Origin: a candidate division WOR-3 bacterium
GTDB taxonomy: Bacteria; Hydrothermota; 32-111
Assembly (NCBI GenBank): GCA_037481815.1
Contig: JBBFKX010000001.1
Span: 128,001-192,000, forward strand
DNA: 64,000 bases
Direction: 5' to 3'
Shown one piece after another: positions 49,878 to 61,029 of the stretch. Position numbers and translations under genes: made by a program. Below the pieces are notes generated by a model. That model was not told where the DNA came from. It worked only from the letters and a program-made list of their open reading frames with translations, and did not search any database. Each line of letters begins with the position of its first letter. The stretch's first letter is position 1.

Positions 49878-50629
49878 TGAGAAAAGTTTATGTTGCAGGC
49901 AACTGGAAAATGAACCTTGTTGATGATATAGAACCGATTAAAAAGATTTCAAATGAAGTTAAAAATGATATTGAAGTTATAGTTTTTCCGCCGTTCACTC
50001 ATCTATCAGCATACAGCAGTACTTTAAAAGGAAGTAAAGTCAAAATCGGTGCTCAGAATGTTTTTTATGAGGATAAAGGTGCATACACAGGGGAAATATC
50101 TTACAAGTTTATTGAAGAATTTGGATGCGATTATGTAATTTTAGGACATTCAGAGAGAAGAAATCTTTTTAAAGAAGATGACCAGATGATATCTTTGAAA
50201 TTGAAAAAAATACTCTCAACGAATATCAAACCGATACTCTGTGTTGGGGAAAAAGAAGATGAAAGAAGTTTGAACAAGCAAAAATTTGTTGTAGAAAATC
50301 AATTAAAAATCTGTCTTGGGGGTATTGAAAATAATTTCAAAAACATTATAATAGCGTATGAACCTGTGTGGGCTATAGGTACAGGTAAAAATGCTACACC
50401 ATTTGATGCACAGGAGATGCACTCTTTCATAAGAGAGCAACTTTCTTTTTTATTTGGAAAGAATATCTCCTGTGAAATTTCTATACTTTATGGTGGTAGT
50501 GTAACTGATGAGAATGTGAAAGATCTATTCAGAGAGGATGATGTTGATGGAGTCCTTGTTGGTGGGGCGTCTTTGAAAGGTGAAAAATTTGCAAGGATAA
50601 TTGAAACAGTTAATAAAAGTTTAATTTAG
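49874..50629 (+). CDS. tpiA: triosephosphate isomerase
   Basis: AGNWKMN, GHSERR, AYEPVWAIGTG, LVGGASL. Confidence 0.97.
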   Translation: MMRKVYVAGNWKMNLVDDIEPIKKISNEVKNDIEVIVFPPFTHLSAYSSTLKGSKVKIGAQNVFYEDKGAYTGEISYKFIEEFGCDYVILGHSERRNLFKEDDQMISLKLKKILSTNIKPILCVGEKEDERSLNKQKFVVENQLKICLGGIENNFKNIIIAYEPVWAIGTGKNATPFDAQEMHSFIREQLSFLFGKNISCEISILYGGSVTDENVKDLFREDDVDGVLVGGASLKGEKFARIIETVNKSLI

Positions 50630-50641
50630 GAGGTTGTTAAA

Positions 50642-51007
50642 TTGTTTACATTGATTTTAATAATCCATATTCTTGTATCAGTACTTTTGGTTGTTTTGAT
50701 TCTATTACAACAATCAAAAGGTGGAATGTCAGAAATGTTTGGTGGTTCTCAAGAAAATCTTTTATCCGGTTTAGGGGCTGAAAACTTTTTAACAAAAACA
50801 ACTGCAGTGCTTGCTGTTGTTTTTATGATAACAAGTTTTTCACTTGCGATTATGACAAGTAAAGCAAATAGAGCACAGTCGATAAAAATTGAAAACAAAA
50901 TCCCGGTTCAAAACGAAGTACCACAGAACGCTCCAGACCAGAATTTACCTGAGCAGAATCCATCTATACCTTTAAACAATTTACCTACAAACGAAGGAGG
51001 AAAATGA
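50642..51007 (+). CDS. secG: preprotein translocase subunit SecG
   Basis: TTG start with AGGAGG RBS; ILLQQSKGG..FGG..FLTKTT; follows tpiA. Confidence 0.92.
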   Translation: MFTLILIIHILVSVLLVVLILLQQSKGGMSEMFGGSQENLLSGLGAENFLTKTTAVLAVVFMITSFSLAIMTSKANRAQSIKIENKIPVQNEVPQNAPDQNLPEQNPSIPLNNLPTNEGGK

Positions 51008-51324
51008 TGTTTGCAATAGTGGAGATCAATGGATTTCAATACAAGGTCGAAGAAAATCAAACTATAAAATTGACAAAGGTTTCCGATTTTGAAAAAGGAA
51101 AGAAGATCGAAACAGATAAAGTCCTTTTTGTTCAAAACGATAAAGGATTCAATATTGGAAAACCTTATGTTAAAGGTGCAAAGGTTGTTTTAGAACTTAT
51201 AGATGAAGGTAAGGGTAAAAAAATAGAAGTTATGAAATTCAGAAGAAGATCAAACTATAAAAGGATAAAAGGGTACAGAGATATTTATACAATTGCGAAA
51301 ATAGAAAAAATAGTTACGCCCTGA
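51004..51324 (+). CDS. rplU: 50S ribosomal protein L21
   Basis: [26 protein letters not shown]. Confidence 0.93.
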   Translation: MMFAIVEINGFQYKVEENQTIKLTKVSDFEKGKKIETDKVLFVQNDKGFNIGKPYVKGAKVVLELIDEGKGKKIEVMKFRRRSNYKRIKGYRDIYTIAKIEKIVTP

Positions 51325-51333
51325 GGAGGATTT

Positions 51334-51591
51334 ATGGCACACAAGAAAGGAGTAGGGTCATCGAGAAATGGAAGAGATTCGAACCCAAAATATCTAGGTG
51401 TGAAAAGGTCAGAAGGTGAATTTGTAAAAGCAGGAACTATACTTGTTAGACAAAAAGGAACAGTTTTTCATCCTGGAATGAATGTCGGGATGGGTTCTGA
51501 CAACACTCTTTTTGCGATGATAGATGGAGTGGTTAAATTTCAAAGATTTGGGAAATTCAGAAAAAAGGTTTTTGTTGAAGGGAAGGAATGA
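51334..51591 (+). CDS. rpmA: 50S ribosomal protein L27
   Basis: [16 protein letters not shown]. Confidence 0.97.
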   Translation: MAHKKGVGSSRNGRDSNPKYLGVKRSEGEFVKAGTILVRQKGTVFHPGMNVGMGSDNTLFAMIDGVVKFQRFGKFRKKVFVEGKE

Positions 51592-52232
51592 TGAAGATTG
51601 TGTGGTATGGCCACGCATCATTTCAACTCAATATTGAAAACAAAAAAATAATTTTTGACCCGTATCAGAAAGATGGATACGGGTCTTCTTTTAGATACAA
51701 GGGAAATTTTGAGGATCCAGATATCGTTTTAATATCACATAATCATTCAGACCACAATTTCAGAGATTTTAAAAACAGCCCAAAAATAATTGACAGAGAA
51801 GGGACATACAACATAGACAATATGAAAATAGAAGGAATAAAAACTTTTCATGATCATGAGAAAGGGAAAAAAAGAGGAGAGAATATAGTTTTTGTGGTTC
51901 ATACAGAAAAAGGTAAAATAATACATTTTGGAGATATAGGACATATACCTTCTTCAGAAATTTTAAAAAAATTTTTGGACCCATACATAATAATGATTCC
52001 AGTCGGTGGATATTTTACTATAGATCATAAGGAAGCGAACGATATTATTGAAAATATATCACCACTTTATGTTTTCCCGATGCATTATAAGACAGAATTT
52101 GTTGATTTTCCGATAAGTCCGATCAACAGTTTCCTTGAGATCAATCAAAATTATAAGGTCAAAAGAAAAGATTATTTTGATGATTCTTCTGAAGAACTTG
52201 AAAATTCAATATATATTCTGAACATCTACTGA
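51588..52232 (+). CDS. MBL-fold metallo-hydrolase
   Basis: WYGHASF, SHNHSDH, HFGD, PMHY. Confidence 0.88.
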   Translation: MMKIVWYGHASFQLNIENKKIIFDPYQKDGYGSSFRYKGNFEDPDIVLISHNHSDHNFRDFKNSPKIIDREGTYNIDNMKIEGIKTFHDHEKGKKRGENIVFVVHTEKGKIIHFGDIGHIPSSEILKKFLDPYIIMIPVGGYFTIDHKEANDIIENISPLYVFPMHYKTEFVDFPISPINSFLEINQNYKVKRKDYFDDSSEELENSIYILNIY

Positions 52233-52250
52233 TTTTCTCCTGGAGGAAAA

Positions 52251-53297
52251 ATGAAACCATTCAATTTGAAATCGTTCTTCAATTCATTTATATCAAATGA
52301 TATCGCTATTGACCTTGGGACTGCATCGACATTGATCTACATGAAAAACGAAGGGATCGTTTTGAATGAGCCATCTGTTGTTGCGATAGATTTGAGAACG
52401 AACAAGCCACTTGCTGTTGGTTATCAGGCAAAAGAGATGCTTGGAAAAACTCCACAGGAGATAAAAGCTGTTAGACCGATGAAAGATGGTGTTATAGCAG
52501 ATTTTGAAGTTGTTGAAGAGATGTTAAGATATTTTATAACCAAAGTTGAAAAATCTAAAATAATTATAAGACCAAGAGTAATCGTTTGTGTTCCCTCAGG
52601 AATTACTGCTGTCGAGATGAGAGCTGTAAGGGACTCTGTCGAGCATTCTGGTGTAAGAGATGTTTTTTTGGTTTCTGAACCGGTTGCTGCAGCTGTTGGT
52701 GTCGGCCTTCCAGTCGATCAACCAAAAGGCAGCATGATAATCGATATCGGTGGAGGAACGAGTGAAATTGCTGTTATTGCTTTAAATGGTATAGTAACCA
52801 ACAACTCGATAAGAGTTGGTGGTGATGAGATGGATGAAGCGATAATACAGTATGTCAAAAAAAACTATAACCTTCTAATAGGTGAGCAAACAACTGAAAA
52901 GATAAAAACCACAATAGGTTCAGCATATAAACTTGAACAAGAACTCGAACTTGAAATAAAAGGTGTTGATCTTGTTGAAGGGATACCAAAGACGATAAAA
53001 TTAACCTCTGAGGAAATAAGAGATGCTTTAAAAGAGCCCGTATATATGATTGTTTCAGCGATCAAACAGGCGCTTGAAAAAACACCTCCAGAACTTGCTT
53101 CAGATATAATAGATCAGGGTATAGTTATGACTGGTGGTGGTTCACTTTTAAAAAATTTTGATAAACTTGTATCAAAAGAAACTGGTTTAAAGGTTACTAT
53201 TGCAGAAAATCCTATAGAATGTGTTGTAAGAGGTAGTGGAAAAATACTTGAAAATCTTTCTTTTTATGAGAAGATTATAATTCAAACTTCAAGATAA
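52251..53297 (+). CDS. mreB: rod shape-determining protein MreB
   Basis: DLGTA, RPMKDGVIADF, DIGGGT, TGGGSL. Confidence 0.96.
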   Translation: MKPFNLKSFFNSFISNDIAIDLGTASTLIYMKNEGIVLNEPSVVAIDLRTNKPLAVGYQAKEMLGKTPQEIKAVRPMKDGVIADFEVVEEMLRYFITKVEKSKIIIRPRVIVCVPSGITAVEMRAVRDSVEHSGVRDVFLVSEPVAAAVGVGLPVDQPKGSMIIDIGGGTSEIAVIALNGIVTNNSIRVGGDEMDEAIIQYVKKNYNLLIGEQTTEKIKTTIGSAYKLEQELELEIKGVDLVEGIPKTIKLTSEEIRDALKEPVYMIVSAIKQALEKTPPELASDIIDQGIVMTGGGSLLKNFDKLVSKETGLKVTIAENPIECVVRGSGKILENLSFYEKIIIQTSR

Positions 53298-53306
53298 TAT
53301 TATAAA

Positions 53307-54152
53307 ATGAGATCAAGACCCAAAATTTTGTTCTTTTCTCTTTTTTTTCTATCGATACTTTTTATGATTTTATCAAGCAAATTTACCTTCTATTCTTTTA
53401 AAAATCTTTTAATCTATCCAGTAAAACCTTTCAATTTTTTTGTTGACTTTATAGGTTTAACATTTCAGAACAGAAAAATTTTAAAAGATGATATGACAAC
53501 CATATTTCAAAAAAATCTTGAAATAAGTAGATTAAAATTTCTTGAATATGAAAATCAAAATCTTAGAAATCTTTTACAGATGAAAGATAGATTTAAACAT
53601 GAAGTTATTTTTTCAGAAGTGGTTTCACAGGAAAAATTTGCAGGAGAATTTTTAACTATAGATAAAGGAAGAGTTGATGGTGTTGAAGAAGGGATGCCTG
53701 TTCTTTCGAGTAAGGGGATTGTTGGAAAAGTTATATCGGTCGATAGATACAGTTCTTTCGTTGAGACATTCAACAATTCGAATTTTAAAGTTGGGGTGAT
53801 GGATAAGGAAAGAAAACTTTTTATGTTGTGTTACTTTTATAAAACTGGGCTTTTGAAAGTTGAAAATGTTCAATATGATAGCAAGTTAAAAATAGGCGAT
53901 TCTATTTTTACGAGTGGATTCGGGAAAATTTTCCCTGAAAATATACCTGTTGGAATAGTAGTGAAGATAGAATTTCTTGAAGATGGAGATTTTTTTTACG
54001 TTATAAAACCTTTCGAAAATATTTTATCTTTAAAAGAGGTCTTTCTTTTAAAAATGGATAAAGAATTTTATCGTAATCGATACGAGAAAACAAAAAAACA
54101 AGAGATAGCAAGATTGGGCTGGTTTACAATCTATAAAAGGGTTTTTGAATGA
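53307..54152 (+). CDS. mreC: rod shape-determining protein MreC
   Basis: ENQNLRNLL, IDKG..DGV..GMPV, TSG.G.IFP..IPVG. Confidence 0.9.
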   Translation: MRSRPKILFFSLFFLSILFMILSSKFTFYSFKNLLIYPVKPFNFFVDFIGLTFQNRKILKDDMTTIFQKNLEISRLKFLEYENQNLRNLLQMKDRFKHEVIFSEVVSQEKFAGEFLTIDKGRVDGVEEGMPVLSSKGIVGKVISVDRYSSFVETFNNSNFKVGVMDKERKLFMLCYFYKTGLLKVENVQYDSKLKIGDSIFTSGFGKIFPENIPVGIVVKIEFLEDGDFFYVIKPFENILSLKEVFLLKMDKEFYRNRYEKTKKQEIARLGWFTIYKRVFE

Positions 54153-54631
54153 GATATTTTTTTGTTATAATTTTATCTTTATTCTTTCTCTATTTTATTT
54201 CGACCGTTCCTCCATTTCTTTCAATAAAACATGTCATCCAACCTGATCTTATCATAATTCTTGTTGTATTTGTGTGTTTGAATTTCAACGAGATTTTTAA
54301 TTATATTTTTTCTTTTATAATCGGTTTTTTTTGTGATGCTTTAACTGGAACATTGTTTGGTTTTCATTCTTTTATTTTTCTATTTATATCTTATATCACA
54401 GCAAAGTTTGGTAATTTTTTCTACAAGGAAAGATTTTTAAACAGAATGTTACTTGTTCTGATTTCAGACCTTTTATACCGTTTTATACTCGTCATAATGA
54501 ATTTCAACGAATCAAAAAGTATAATTACAATTTTTATTTTTGTTTTTATAATACCAGTTTATACTGTTTTTATTTACACCATATTCCATATATTGAACAG
54601 GTTGTTAAAAAGAATATATGTTCAAAGATAG
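54149..54631 (+). CDS. mreD: rod shape-determining protein MreD
   Basis: PDL, GFFCD..G..FG motifs; operon position. Confidence 0.85.
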   Translation: MRYFFVIILSLFFLYFISTVPPFLSIKHVIQPDLIIILVVFVCLNFNEIFNYIFSFIIGFFCDALTGTLFGFHSFIFLFISYITAKFGNFFYKERFLNRMLLVLISDLLYRFILVIMNFNESKSIITIFIFVFIIPVYTVFIYTIFHILNRLLKRIYVQR

Positions 54632-56396
54632 GTTTTCAACCTTAATAATTCTGATTATATTTCTTTTTTTTATCCAATCGATCTTTATAATAAATTTACA
54701 GTTTTTTGAAAATCGTTATTATAAAACTCTTGCAGAAGGTAACAGTTATAAAAAGGTTATAATCCCAGCGGTAAGAGGAAATATTATAACATCCGATTCT
54801 GTAATAGTCGCAACTTCAAAAAAGTATTTTTCTCTTTTCTGTAATCTTGACAAATTGAATATTACTGCAGACAATATACTCGATATTTCAAAAATAATTG
54901 AAACTGATCCAGAAACTATAAATCAGATGATCGGTGATGCAAAAAGAAATCAGGAAAGAGAAATATGTCTTAAAAACAATCTCAACATAGAGGATGTTTC
55001 TTACATTGAAGAAAACCGGAACAAATTCCCGGAGTTTGATATAAGGTATCAACCTAAAAGATTTTATCCATACAATGAACTTTATTCACACATAATAGGA
55101 TATGTTGGTAAAATAACAGGTGATGAATTTCTCGAACTGAAAGTAAAGGGCTACAGTATATCAGATTTTATCGGGAAAACAGGAATAGAGAAAAGTTATG
55201 AAACTTATTTAAAAGGGAGAAACGGAATTAAATATTATGAAGTGGACATAACCGGAAACATCGTCAGAGAGGTTGAACAAAAAAATTCCTTGAAAAAACT
55301 GAATGGATATGATCTTTTTATAAGTATAGATCACAGATTGCAGAGTTATATTGATACATTGTTCAAAGATTTTCAAAGTGGAACAGCAATAGTTATCGAT
55401 GTTGAAAAAGGTGCGATTCTGTCAATGTATTCAAAACCATCTTTTGATCCTAATATTTTCATAACAGGGATAAGAAAGGATGTCTGGGAGTTTTTGAGAA
55501 ACAACAGATTGTCTCCTTTTTTGAACAGAGCAACCAACGGTTTGTATCCTCCAGGATCGGTTTTTAAGATCATCACATTTCTTGTTGGTCTTGAGGAAGA
55601 AAAGGTTGATTCAAACACTTTTTTTCAACCATGTTTTGGAAGTATAATGATATCAAACAGGATTTTTAAATGTTGGAATGTTCATAATGAACTCAACCTT
55701 TTTGATGCTTTCATAAATTCGTGTGATGTCTACTTCTATCAACTGGGGATGAAAGTTGGAGTTGATGAAATTTACAGAGGTGCAGGTGAAATTGGGTTTG
55801 GAGAACTTACTGGAATAGATATTTTTGAAGAGAGTAAAGGGATAATACCTGATTCAAAATTTTTGAACAAAAAATATGGTAAAAATGCATGGGGTTCAGG
55901 ACATGTGGCAAATATATCGATAGGGCAGGGAGATATACTCGTTACACCCATACAGGTAGCATCTCTTTTTCTATGTTTAGCAAACGATGGAAAAATCGTA
56001 CAACCACATGTGGTTGATTCTATAAAAACAAAAAATGGAGATCTTGTTTATAGATACAACAAAAAAGTTATGAGGGAAATAAAGTTTGAGAAAAAGTATC
56101 TTGAACTTTTAAAAAAAGCTTTATTCAATGTTGTGAATTCAGATAATGGTACTGGAATAGCAGCAAGAATAGATAAGAGTTTGGGCTATATAAGTGGTAA
56201 GACAGGAACAGCTGAAAACTCTTCAGGCGAACCACATGCCTGGTTTGGTTCTTTCTATACAGACAAAACTGGTAAAAACAGAATAGCGGTGGTTGTTGTT
56301 ATAGAAAATGGAGGGCATGGTGGTGATGACCCTGCAAAAATGACAAAGATGATAGTTGAAAGATACATAAGGATTACGAATGGATATGAAAAATAG
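54618..56396 (+). CDS. mrdA: penicillin-binding protein 2
   Basis: PPGSVFK, SCDVYFY, GKTGTAE. Confidence 0.93.
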   Translation: MFKDRFSTLIILIIFLFFIQSIFIINLQFFENRYYKTLAEGNSYKKVIIPAVRGNIITSDSVIVATSKKYFSLFCNLDKLNITADNILDISKIIETDPETINQMIGDAKRNQEREICLKNNLNIEDVSYIEENRNKFPEFDIRYQPKRFYPYNELYSHIIGYVGKITGDEFLELKVKGYSISDFIGKTGIEKSYETYLKGRNGIKYYEVDITGNIVREVEQKNSLKKLNGYDLFISIDHRLQSYIDTLFKDFQSGTAIVIDVEKGAILSMYSKPSFDPNIFITGIRKDVWEFLRNNRLSPFLNRATNGLYPPGSVFKIITFLVGLEEEKVDSNTFFQPCFGSIMISNRIFKCWNVHNELNLFDAFINSCDVYFYQLGMKVGVDEIYRGAGEIGFGELTGIDIFEESKGIIPDSKFLNKKYGKNAWGSGHVANISIGQGDILVTPIQVASLFLCLANDGKIVQPHVVDSIKTKNGDLVYRYNKKVMREIKFEKKYLELLKKALFNVVNSDNGTGIAARIDKSLGYISGKTGTAENSSGEPHAWFGSFYTDKTGKNRIAVVVVIENGGHGGDDPAKMTKMIVERYIRITNGYEK

Positions 56397-57582
56397 ATTT
56401 GATCCTTTCATTGTGTTTCCTTTGATTTTGCTTTCAATTTTTGGACTTCTGGTCTTATTTTCAGTAGTTTACACCGATAACATTATAATTTTTTATAGAC
56501 AACTGATATGGTTTTTTCTTTCTCTTATTCTTTTTATTGGAATCCAGTTTATTCCTATAAAAGTTTTTTATATAGGTTCTTATCTCTTGTATTTTTTTTC
56601 AACATTCCTTTTAGTTTTTTTGAAATTGATAAATAAAGCACCTGTTGAAAGATGGTTTGATTTTGGTATCGCATACATACAACCTTCAGAGTTCGCCAAG
56701 GTTTCTTTGATTCTGTCTTTACCGAAATTTTTGTTGTCAAGAAAGGAAAAAAAAGATAATTTTATAACTCTGCTTGTTTCATATATAATGGTGTTTATTC
56801 CATTTTTTCTTGTTTTTATTCAACCTGACCTCGGAACATCAGTGCTCTTTTTAATCATCTTTTTTTTGGTTTTATTCCTTAACGATGTAAAGTTGATCAA
56901 TCTTTTTATTCTTCTTACTCCAATTTTATCGATTGTTTTTTCCTTTTTCCCGGTCGTCTGGATTTTTTATATTTTTGTGATATCCTTTATACTCTATTTT
57001 GCAAAAGTTGATTTTATAAATCTTTTAAAAATTTTTTTTCTGAACATAATTTTTGGTGGAATTGCTCCTATCGTTTGGAATAGTTTAAGGGATTACCAGA
57101 AAAATAGATTTTTATCTTACCTGTCTCCCGAAAAAGATGTGCATGGTTATGGATGGAATCTTTTGCAATCAAAAATTGGTATCGGTTCAGGTGGAATTTT
57201 TGGAAAAGGATTTTTGAATGGTACTCAGAAAGGTTTAAATTTCGTCCCTCAACAGCACACAGATTTCATATTCTCTGCTATCGGTGAAGAGTTTGGTTTT
57301 TTTGGGTACCTTTTTATTTTGATTTTAATTTTTATCATAATCTTTCGGGTTTTTTTTGATATCAATAAAATAAAATCGAGATATACAAAACTTGTTGTTT
57401 CATCATTCACTTTCTTTATAGTGTTTGAATATATTGTAAATATCAGCATGTCGATCGGTCTGGTTCCAATAGTTGGTGTTCCTTTACCTCTGTTTTCTTA
57501 TGGAGGGTCGTCATATATAACAACCATGATCATGTTTGCGATAATAAATAGAGGGTTGAATGAAAAGGATAAATATTGGTAA
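56380..57582 (+). CDS. rodA: rod shape-determining protein RodA
   Basis: QPSEFAK, QPDLGT, HTDFIF, PLFSYGGS. Confidence 0.93.
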   Translation: MDMKNRFDPFIVFPLILLSIFGLLVLFSVVYTDNIIIFYRQLIWFFLSLILFIGIQFIPIKVFYIGSYLLYFFSTFLLVFLKLINKAPVERWFDFGIAYIQPSEFAKVSLILSLPKFLLSRKEKKDNFITLLVSYIMVFIPFFLVFIQPDLGTSVLFLIIFFLVLFLNDVKLINLFILLTPILSIVFSFFPVVWIFYIFVISFILYFAKVDFINLLKIFFLNIIFGGIAPIVWNSLRDYQKNRFLSYLSPEKDVHGYGWNLLQSKIGIGSGGIFGKGFLNGTQKGLNFVPQQHTDFIFSAIGEEFGFFGYLFILILIFIIIFRVFFDINKIKSRYTKLVVSSFTFFIVFEYIVNISMSIGLVPIVGVPLPLFSYGGSSYITTMIMFAIINRGLNEKDKYW

Positions 57583-58267
57583 CCCTTTAGAAATACTTTT
57601 TCCAGAAAACTGTATCGTTTGTAAAAGAGAAAGGTTTTTAAATGATATTCCAATATGTAAAAACTGTTATTTGAAATTAAAAAGAGTAGGAGGGAATCTC
57701 TGTTCAGTGTGTGGGATTAACATTGAAAAAGGTGAAATTTTATGTTCTAAATGTAAAGAGGGTAGATACTTTTTTGATTATGTTCGGTCTGTCTACTATT
57801 ATGATAATATCACTTCAACTATCATTAAGAATTTTAAATATAACAATATAAAGTCACTTGGTTCTTTTATTGCAAATTCCTTGTATCTGAAAATAGAAGA
57901 GGATTTGAATTTTCAAAATGTTGAATTCATAACATACATCCCGCAGAGTTTTTTGAAAAGTTATAACAGATATTTTAACCAATCACTTCTTATAGCAAGT
58001 GATCTTTCAGAACTTACAGGTATTCCGCTTGTTTGTGAAATAATAAAACAAAAAGAAACCATTATCAACCAGGCAATGTTACCTAAATTTTTAAGAGAAA
58101 AAAGAAGTAAAATGTTTTACCCGGAAAAAAAAGATTTCAAATGTTGTTCCATACTTCTGGTTGATGATGTTTTTACAACAGGAAAAACTTTATCTGAAGC
58201 AGCAAAAATTTTGAAAGAGTATTACTCAATTGAAAAAGTTTTCGGACTTACTTTCGCAAGATCCTGA
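57560..58267 (+). CDS. comF: ComF-family protein (zinc finger + PRTase)
   Basis: FP..C..C zinc-finger pairs, R.FNQS, LLVDDVFTTG. Confidence 0.88.
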   Translation: MKRINIGNPLEILFPENCIVCKRERFLNDIPICKNCYLKLKRVGGNLCSVCGINIEKGEILCSKCKEGRYFFDYVRSVYYYDNITSTIIKNFKYNNIKSLGSFIANSLYLKIEEDLNFQNVEFITYIPQSFLKSYNRYFNQSLLIASDLSELTGIPLVCEIIKQKETIINQAMLPKFLREKRSKMFYPEKKDFKCCSILLVDDVFTTGKTLSEAAKILKEYYSIEKVFGLTFARS

Positions 58268-58268
58268 A

Positions 58269-58352
58269 TGCCGAAGGCCGGAGTCGAACCGGCATGATGT
58301 TGCCATCATCGGTTTTTGAGACCGACGTGTCTACCAATTCCACCACTTCGGC
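58269..58352 (-). tRNA. tRNA-Leu(CAA)
   Basis: Minus strand GCCGAAGTGGTGGAATTGGTAGACACG...CTCAAAA anticodon loop, long variable arm, GGTTCGACTCC; CCA not encoded. Confidence 0.95.
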
Positions 58353-58361
58353 ATAGAAAGT

Positions 58362-58389
58362 ATCTTAACAAAAAAAATATTTTTGTCAA
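58362..58389 (-). promoter_or_regulatory. tRNA-Leu promoter TTGACA-N16-TAAGAT
   Basis: Hexamers end 9 nt upstream of the tRNA. Confidence 0.55.
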
Positions 58390-58401
58390 TATAAGATTAT
58401 G

Positions 58402-58429
58402 TTGAAATGATCTTACCTTATGATAAAAT
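58402..58429 (+). promoter_or_regulatory. putative promoter TTGAAA-N16-TAAAAT (extended TG)
   Basis: Divergent from the tRNA-Leu promoter. Confidence 0.5.
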
Positions 58430-58451
58430 TGAGCAAAAGGAGATGTGAAAA

Positions 58452-60047
58452 ATGGTGAAAAATATTTTTTGTTTATTTTGTTTATTTCTGTTTATTAACA
58501 TCTTTTCTTTTGAAAACCAGGTTTTCAATGTTCCTTCAGATAGTTTTAGAAATATATCAGAGGTTATAGATGTTGCTGTTAAACGAAATATAGATGATCT
58601 GAGAATCAACATAATGTCTGATCTTAAAGAGGATAGTATAGTGATAAAAGATCCAATAAAAAAGATCGTACTTTTTGGAATAAACACCCCATCAAACTGT
58701 GAACTCGATAAAACAGTAATTATAAACAGATCATCAAATGTATCGATTCAGATTGAAAATCTGAGTTTCAAAACATTTGTAAATGAAGGGAATATAGATT
58801 ATTTCTCGTTTTTTTTTAATATGTGTGAAAATCTTATAAACAATGGTATTGTAAAATTTTCTGATATTTTTGGATGTGAAATATCAAATTATTACAATTG
58901 GCTTTCAAACGGTTATCTCGCTGCTTCTCAGGGTAGAAATGTCGGTTCAAATTTTTGGGGTGTTAAATCTATCCTGTATGAAACTAAAGGAGACAGTTTT
59001 ATACTGTATGGGAATAAAAAACGAAACATTCTTTTATTGAAAGAAAAAGATGAAGTAAAAAATGTTTTACAGATGGATGGAGATATGATTATCAAGGACA
59101 GGATAATAGCAAAAAATTTTGTTGATTCGTCAGTATACGCTGCTTCCTTTCTTAACCTGAACGGAAGTATGAAGGTAAAAGGTGTTAGAGATTCACTTTT
59201 ATTTGATAAAGAGACAGGTTCTTTTCTGGTTTCAGGAAATCTCAATCTTGAAAAAGGGATAACATTTGGAAATAAAAGAAGTTTTACTTTTTCTGAGGAT
59301 GGTAGTTTTTCGTTTGTTTTAAATTTACGTGACACTTTATTTTTTAAGGACAACAGATTCGATTTGAAAAAATTTGATATTTTAAGTTCAAATATTTACA
59401 CGAAAAGTTTAACAAACTTTTCAGATCAACCTTTGATTTTTAGGTACAACAATGGAAAAAATCAATACATCAGATGGGGATTCACGAATCTTGATAATAC
59501 GGGAGATTTTTCTTTTTATGAAGACAGTTTGGGTAGTATCGTTTTCAAAAGAAATCTGATCGTTGATCCAGAAAGTAAATATAACGATGTTGATCTAAAC
59601 ACTCCAATAAAAGTGTTCAGTATCGAAGAAAAAAAAGTTGAAAAAAATTCTTTTAAAAATTTTAAGTTTAGCGATGTTATCTTAGAAAAAAATCCAGAAG
59701 TCATCAGGACTTCCGAAAATGGCGAAACCACTTTAATTTTTAAAAAGAGTGGTTTTTACAATATATCCTATAAGGTTAGTTTTGCATCTAAAAACGATAA
59801 GGGAACAAGTTTGTTTGTAAGAGTAAGATTGAATGGGAAAGAGATAACATATCTTAATACTGGTTATAGAGGAGTTTTAGAGAAAGAGAATTTTGAACTT
59901 TTGAGTGCATCCGCTATCGTGAAGGTAGAAAAAAATGATAGTTTAACCTTTGAATATTGTACATTCGACGATTCTCTGTATTTTGGAAATTTTGATATTT
60001 TTGAAGAAAAAGGAAGTGTATTCTTTTCGATAAACAAAATAAATTGA
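58452..60047 (+). CDS. secreted hypothetical protein with possible C-terminal C1q/BclA-C-like domain
   Basis: Signal peptide; beta-rich; C-terminal SGFYNISYKV...RLNG...SASAIVKVEKND. Confidence 0.55.
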   Translation: MVKNIFCLFCLFLFINIFSFENQVFNVPSDSFRNISEVIDVAVKRNIDDLRINIMSDLKEDSIVIKDPIKKIVLFGINTPSNCELDKTVIINRSSNVSIQIENLSFKTFVNEGNIDYFSFFFNMCENLINNGIVKFSDIFGCEISNYYNWLSNGYLAASQGRNVGSNFWGVKSILYETKGDSFILYGNKKRNILLLKEKDEVKNVLQMDGDMIIKDRIIAKNFVDSSVYAASFLNLNGSMKVKGVRDSLLFDKETGSFLVSGNLNLEKGITFGNKRSFTFSEDGSFSFVLNLRDTLFFKDNRFDLKKFDILSSNIYTKSLTNFSDQPLIFRYNNGKNQYIRWGFTNLDNTGDFSFYEDSLGSIVFKRNLIVDPESKYNDVDLNTPIKVFSIEEKKVEKNSFKNFKFSDVILEKNPEVIRTSENGETTLIFKKSGFYNISYKVSFASKNDKGTSLFVRVRLNGKEITYLNTGYRGVLEKENFELLSASAIVKVEKNDSLTFEYCTFDDSLYFGNFDIFEEKGSVFFSINKIN

Positions 60048-60049
60048 GA

Positions 60050-60077
60050 TTGTAAATAGAATAATTTATGATATAAT
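60050..60077 (+). promoter_or_regulatory. putative promoter TTGTAA-N16-TATAAT (extended TG)
   Basis: Upstream of the epimerase operon. Confidence 0.55.
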
Positions 60078-60099
60078 CTTTTTCTTAAAAGGAGAAGAA

Positions 60100-61029
60100 A
60101 TGGCGTTTATACTTGTTACAGGTGGTGCGGGTTTTATTGGTAGTAATCTTGTGAAAGCACTTCTTGAGGATAACAACAGAGTAAGAGTTCTTGATAATTT
60201 TTCTACAGGAAAGAGGGAGAATATACTTCCATTTATAGACAAAATTGATCTTGTTGAAGGTGATATAAGGAGTTATCACACTGTCCTGACTTCGCTTAAA
60301 GATATAGATTATGTGTTTCATCAGGCAGCTCTTCCTTCTGTTCCAAGATCGATAAATGATCCACTGACGACAAACGATGTTAACATTGTTGGAACTTTAA
60401 ATCTTCTTCAATGTAGTAAAGATATGAATATAAAAAGATTTATTTTCGCATCTTCATCTTCGATTTATGGTGATAACCCGGTAATTCCAAAGGTTGAAAC
60501 ACTTGAGCCGAAACCAAAATCACCTTATGCTTTAACAAAACTTGCTGGAGAGTACTATTCTTCAATATTTTATAAAATTTATGGATTGAGAACTATTTCA
60601 TTAAGATATTTCAACGTTTTTGGAGAAAATCAGGATCCGATGTCTTTGTATTCAGCTTTTATTCCAAAAGTTTTCTCTGCTGTAAAAAACAAAACATCCA
60701 TCACAATTTTTGGTGATGGAACACAAACGAGAGATTTTACCTATGTTTCAAATGTTGTTTATGCTAACATTCTTTCACTTAAAGCTCCCGAAGAGGCATT
60801 TGGAGAGGCATTCAATGTCGCATGTGGAGAACGAATATCTGTTAACGAGCTTGTTGATTATGTATCTTCAATAACAGGTTACAGAATCGAAAAAGTTTAT
60901 CTTCCGCCAAGGCCTGGAGATGTAAAGGATTCTCTTGCAGATATCGAAAAGATAAAAAAGATTCTTAAATATGATGTTCTTGTTCGAGTGAAAGAAGGTT
61001 TGAAAAAATCGATGCAATTTTATCTATGA
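60100..61029 (+). CDS. extended-SDR UDP-sugar 4-epimerase (WbpP-like)
   Basis: TGGAGFIGS, HQAALPSVPRS, YALTK, RYFNVFG. Confidence 0.88.
   Translation: MAFILVTGGAGFIGSNLVKALLEDNNRVRVLDNFSTGKRENILPFIDKIDLVEGDIRSYHTVLTSLKDIDYVFHQAALPSVPRSINDPLTTNDVNIVGTLNLLQCSKDMNIKRFIFASSSSIYGDNPVIPKVETLEPKPKSPYALTKLAGEYYSSIFYKIYGLRTISLRYFNVFGENQDPMSLYSAFIPKVFSAVKNKTSITIFGDGTQTRDFTYVSNVVYANILSLKAPEEAFGEAFNVACGERISVNELVDYVSSITGYRIEKVYLPPRPGDVKDSLADIEKIKKILKYDVLVRVKEGLKKSMQFYL

Noticed and set aside
51334..51350. TGGCAC at the rpmA start as a sigma-54 site
   Set aside because: It is the ATG-GCA-CAC coding sequence and has no -12 element.
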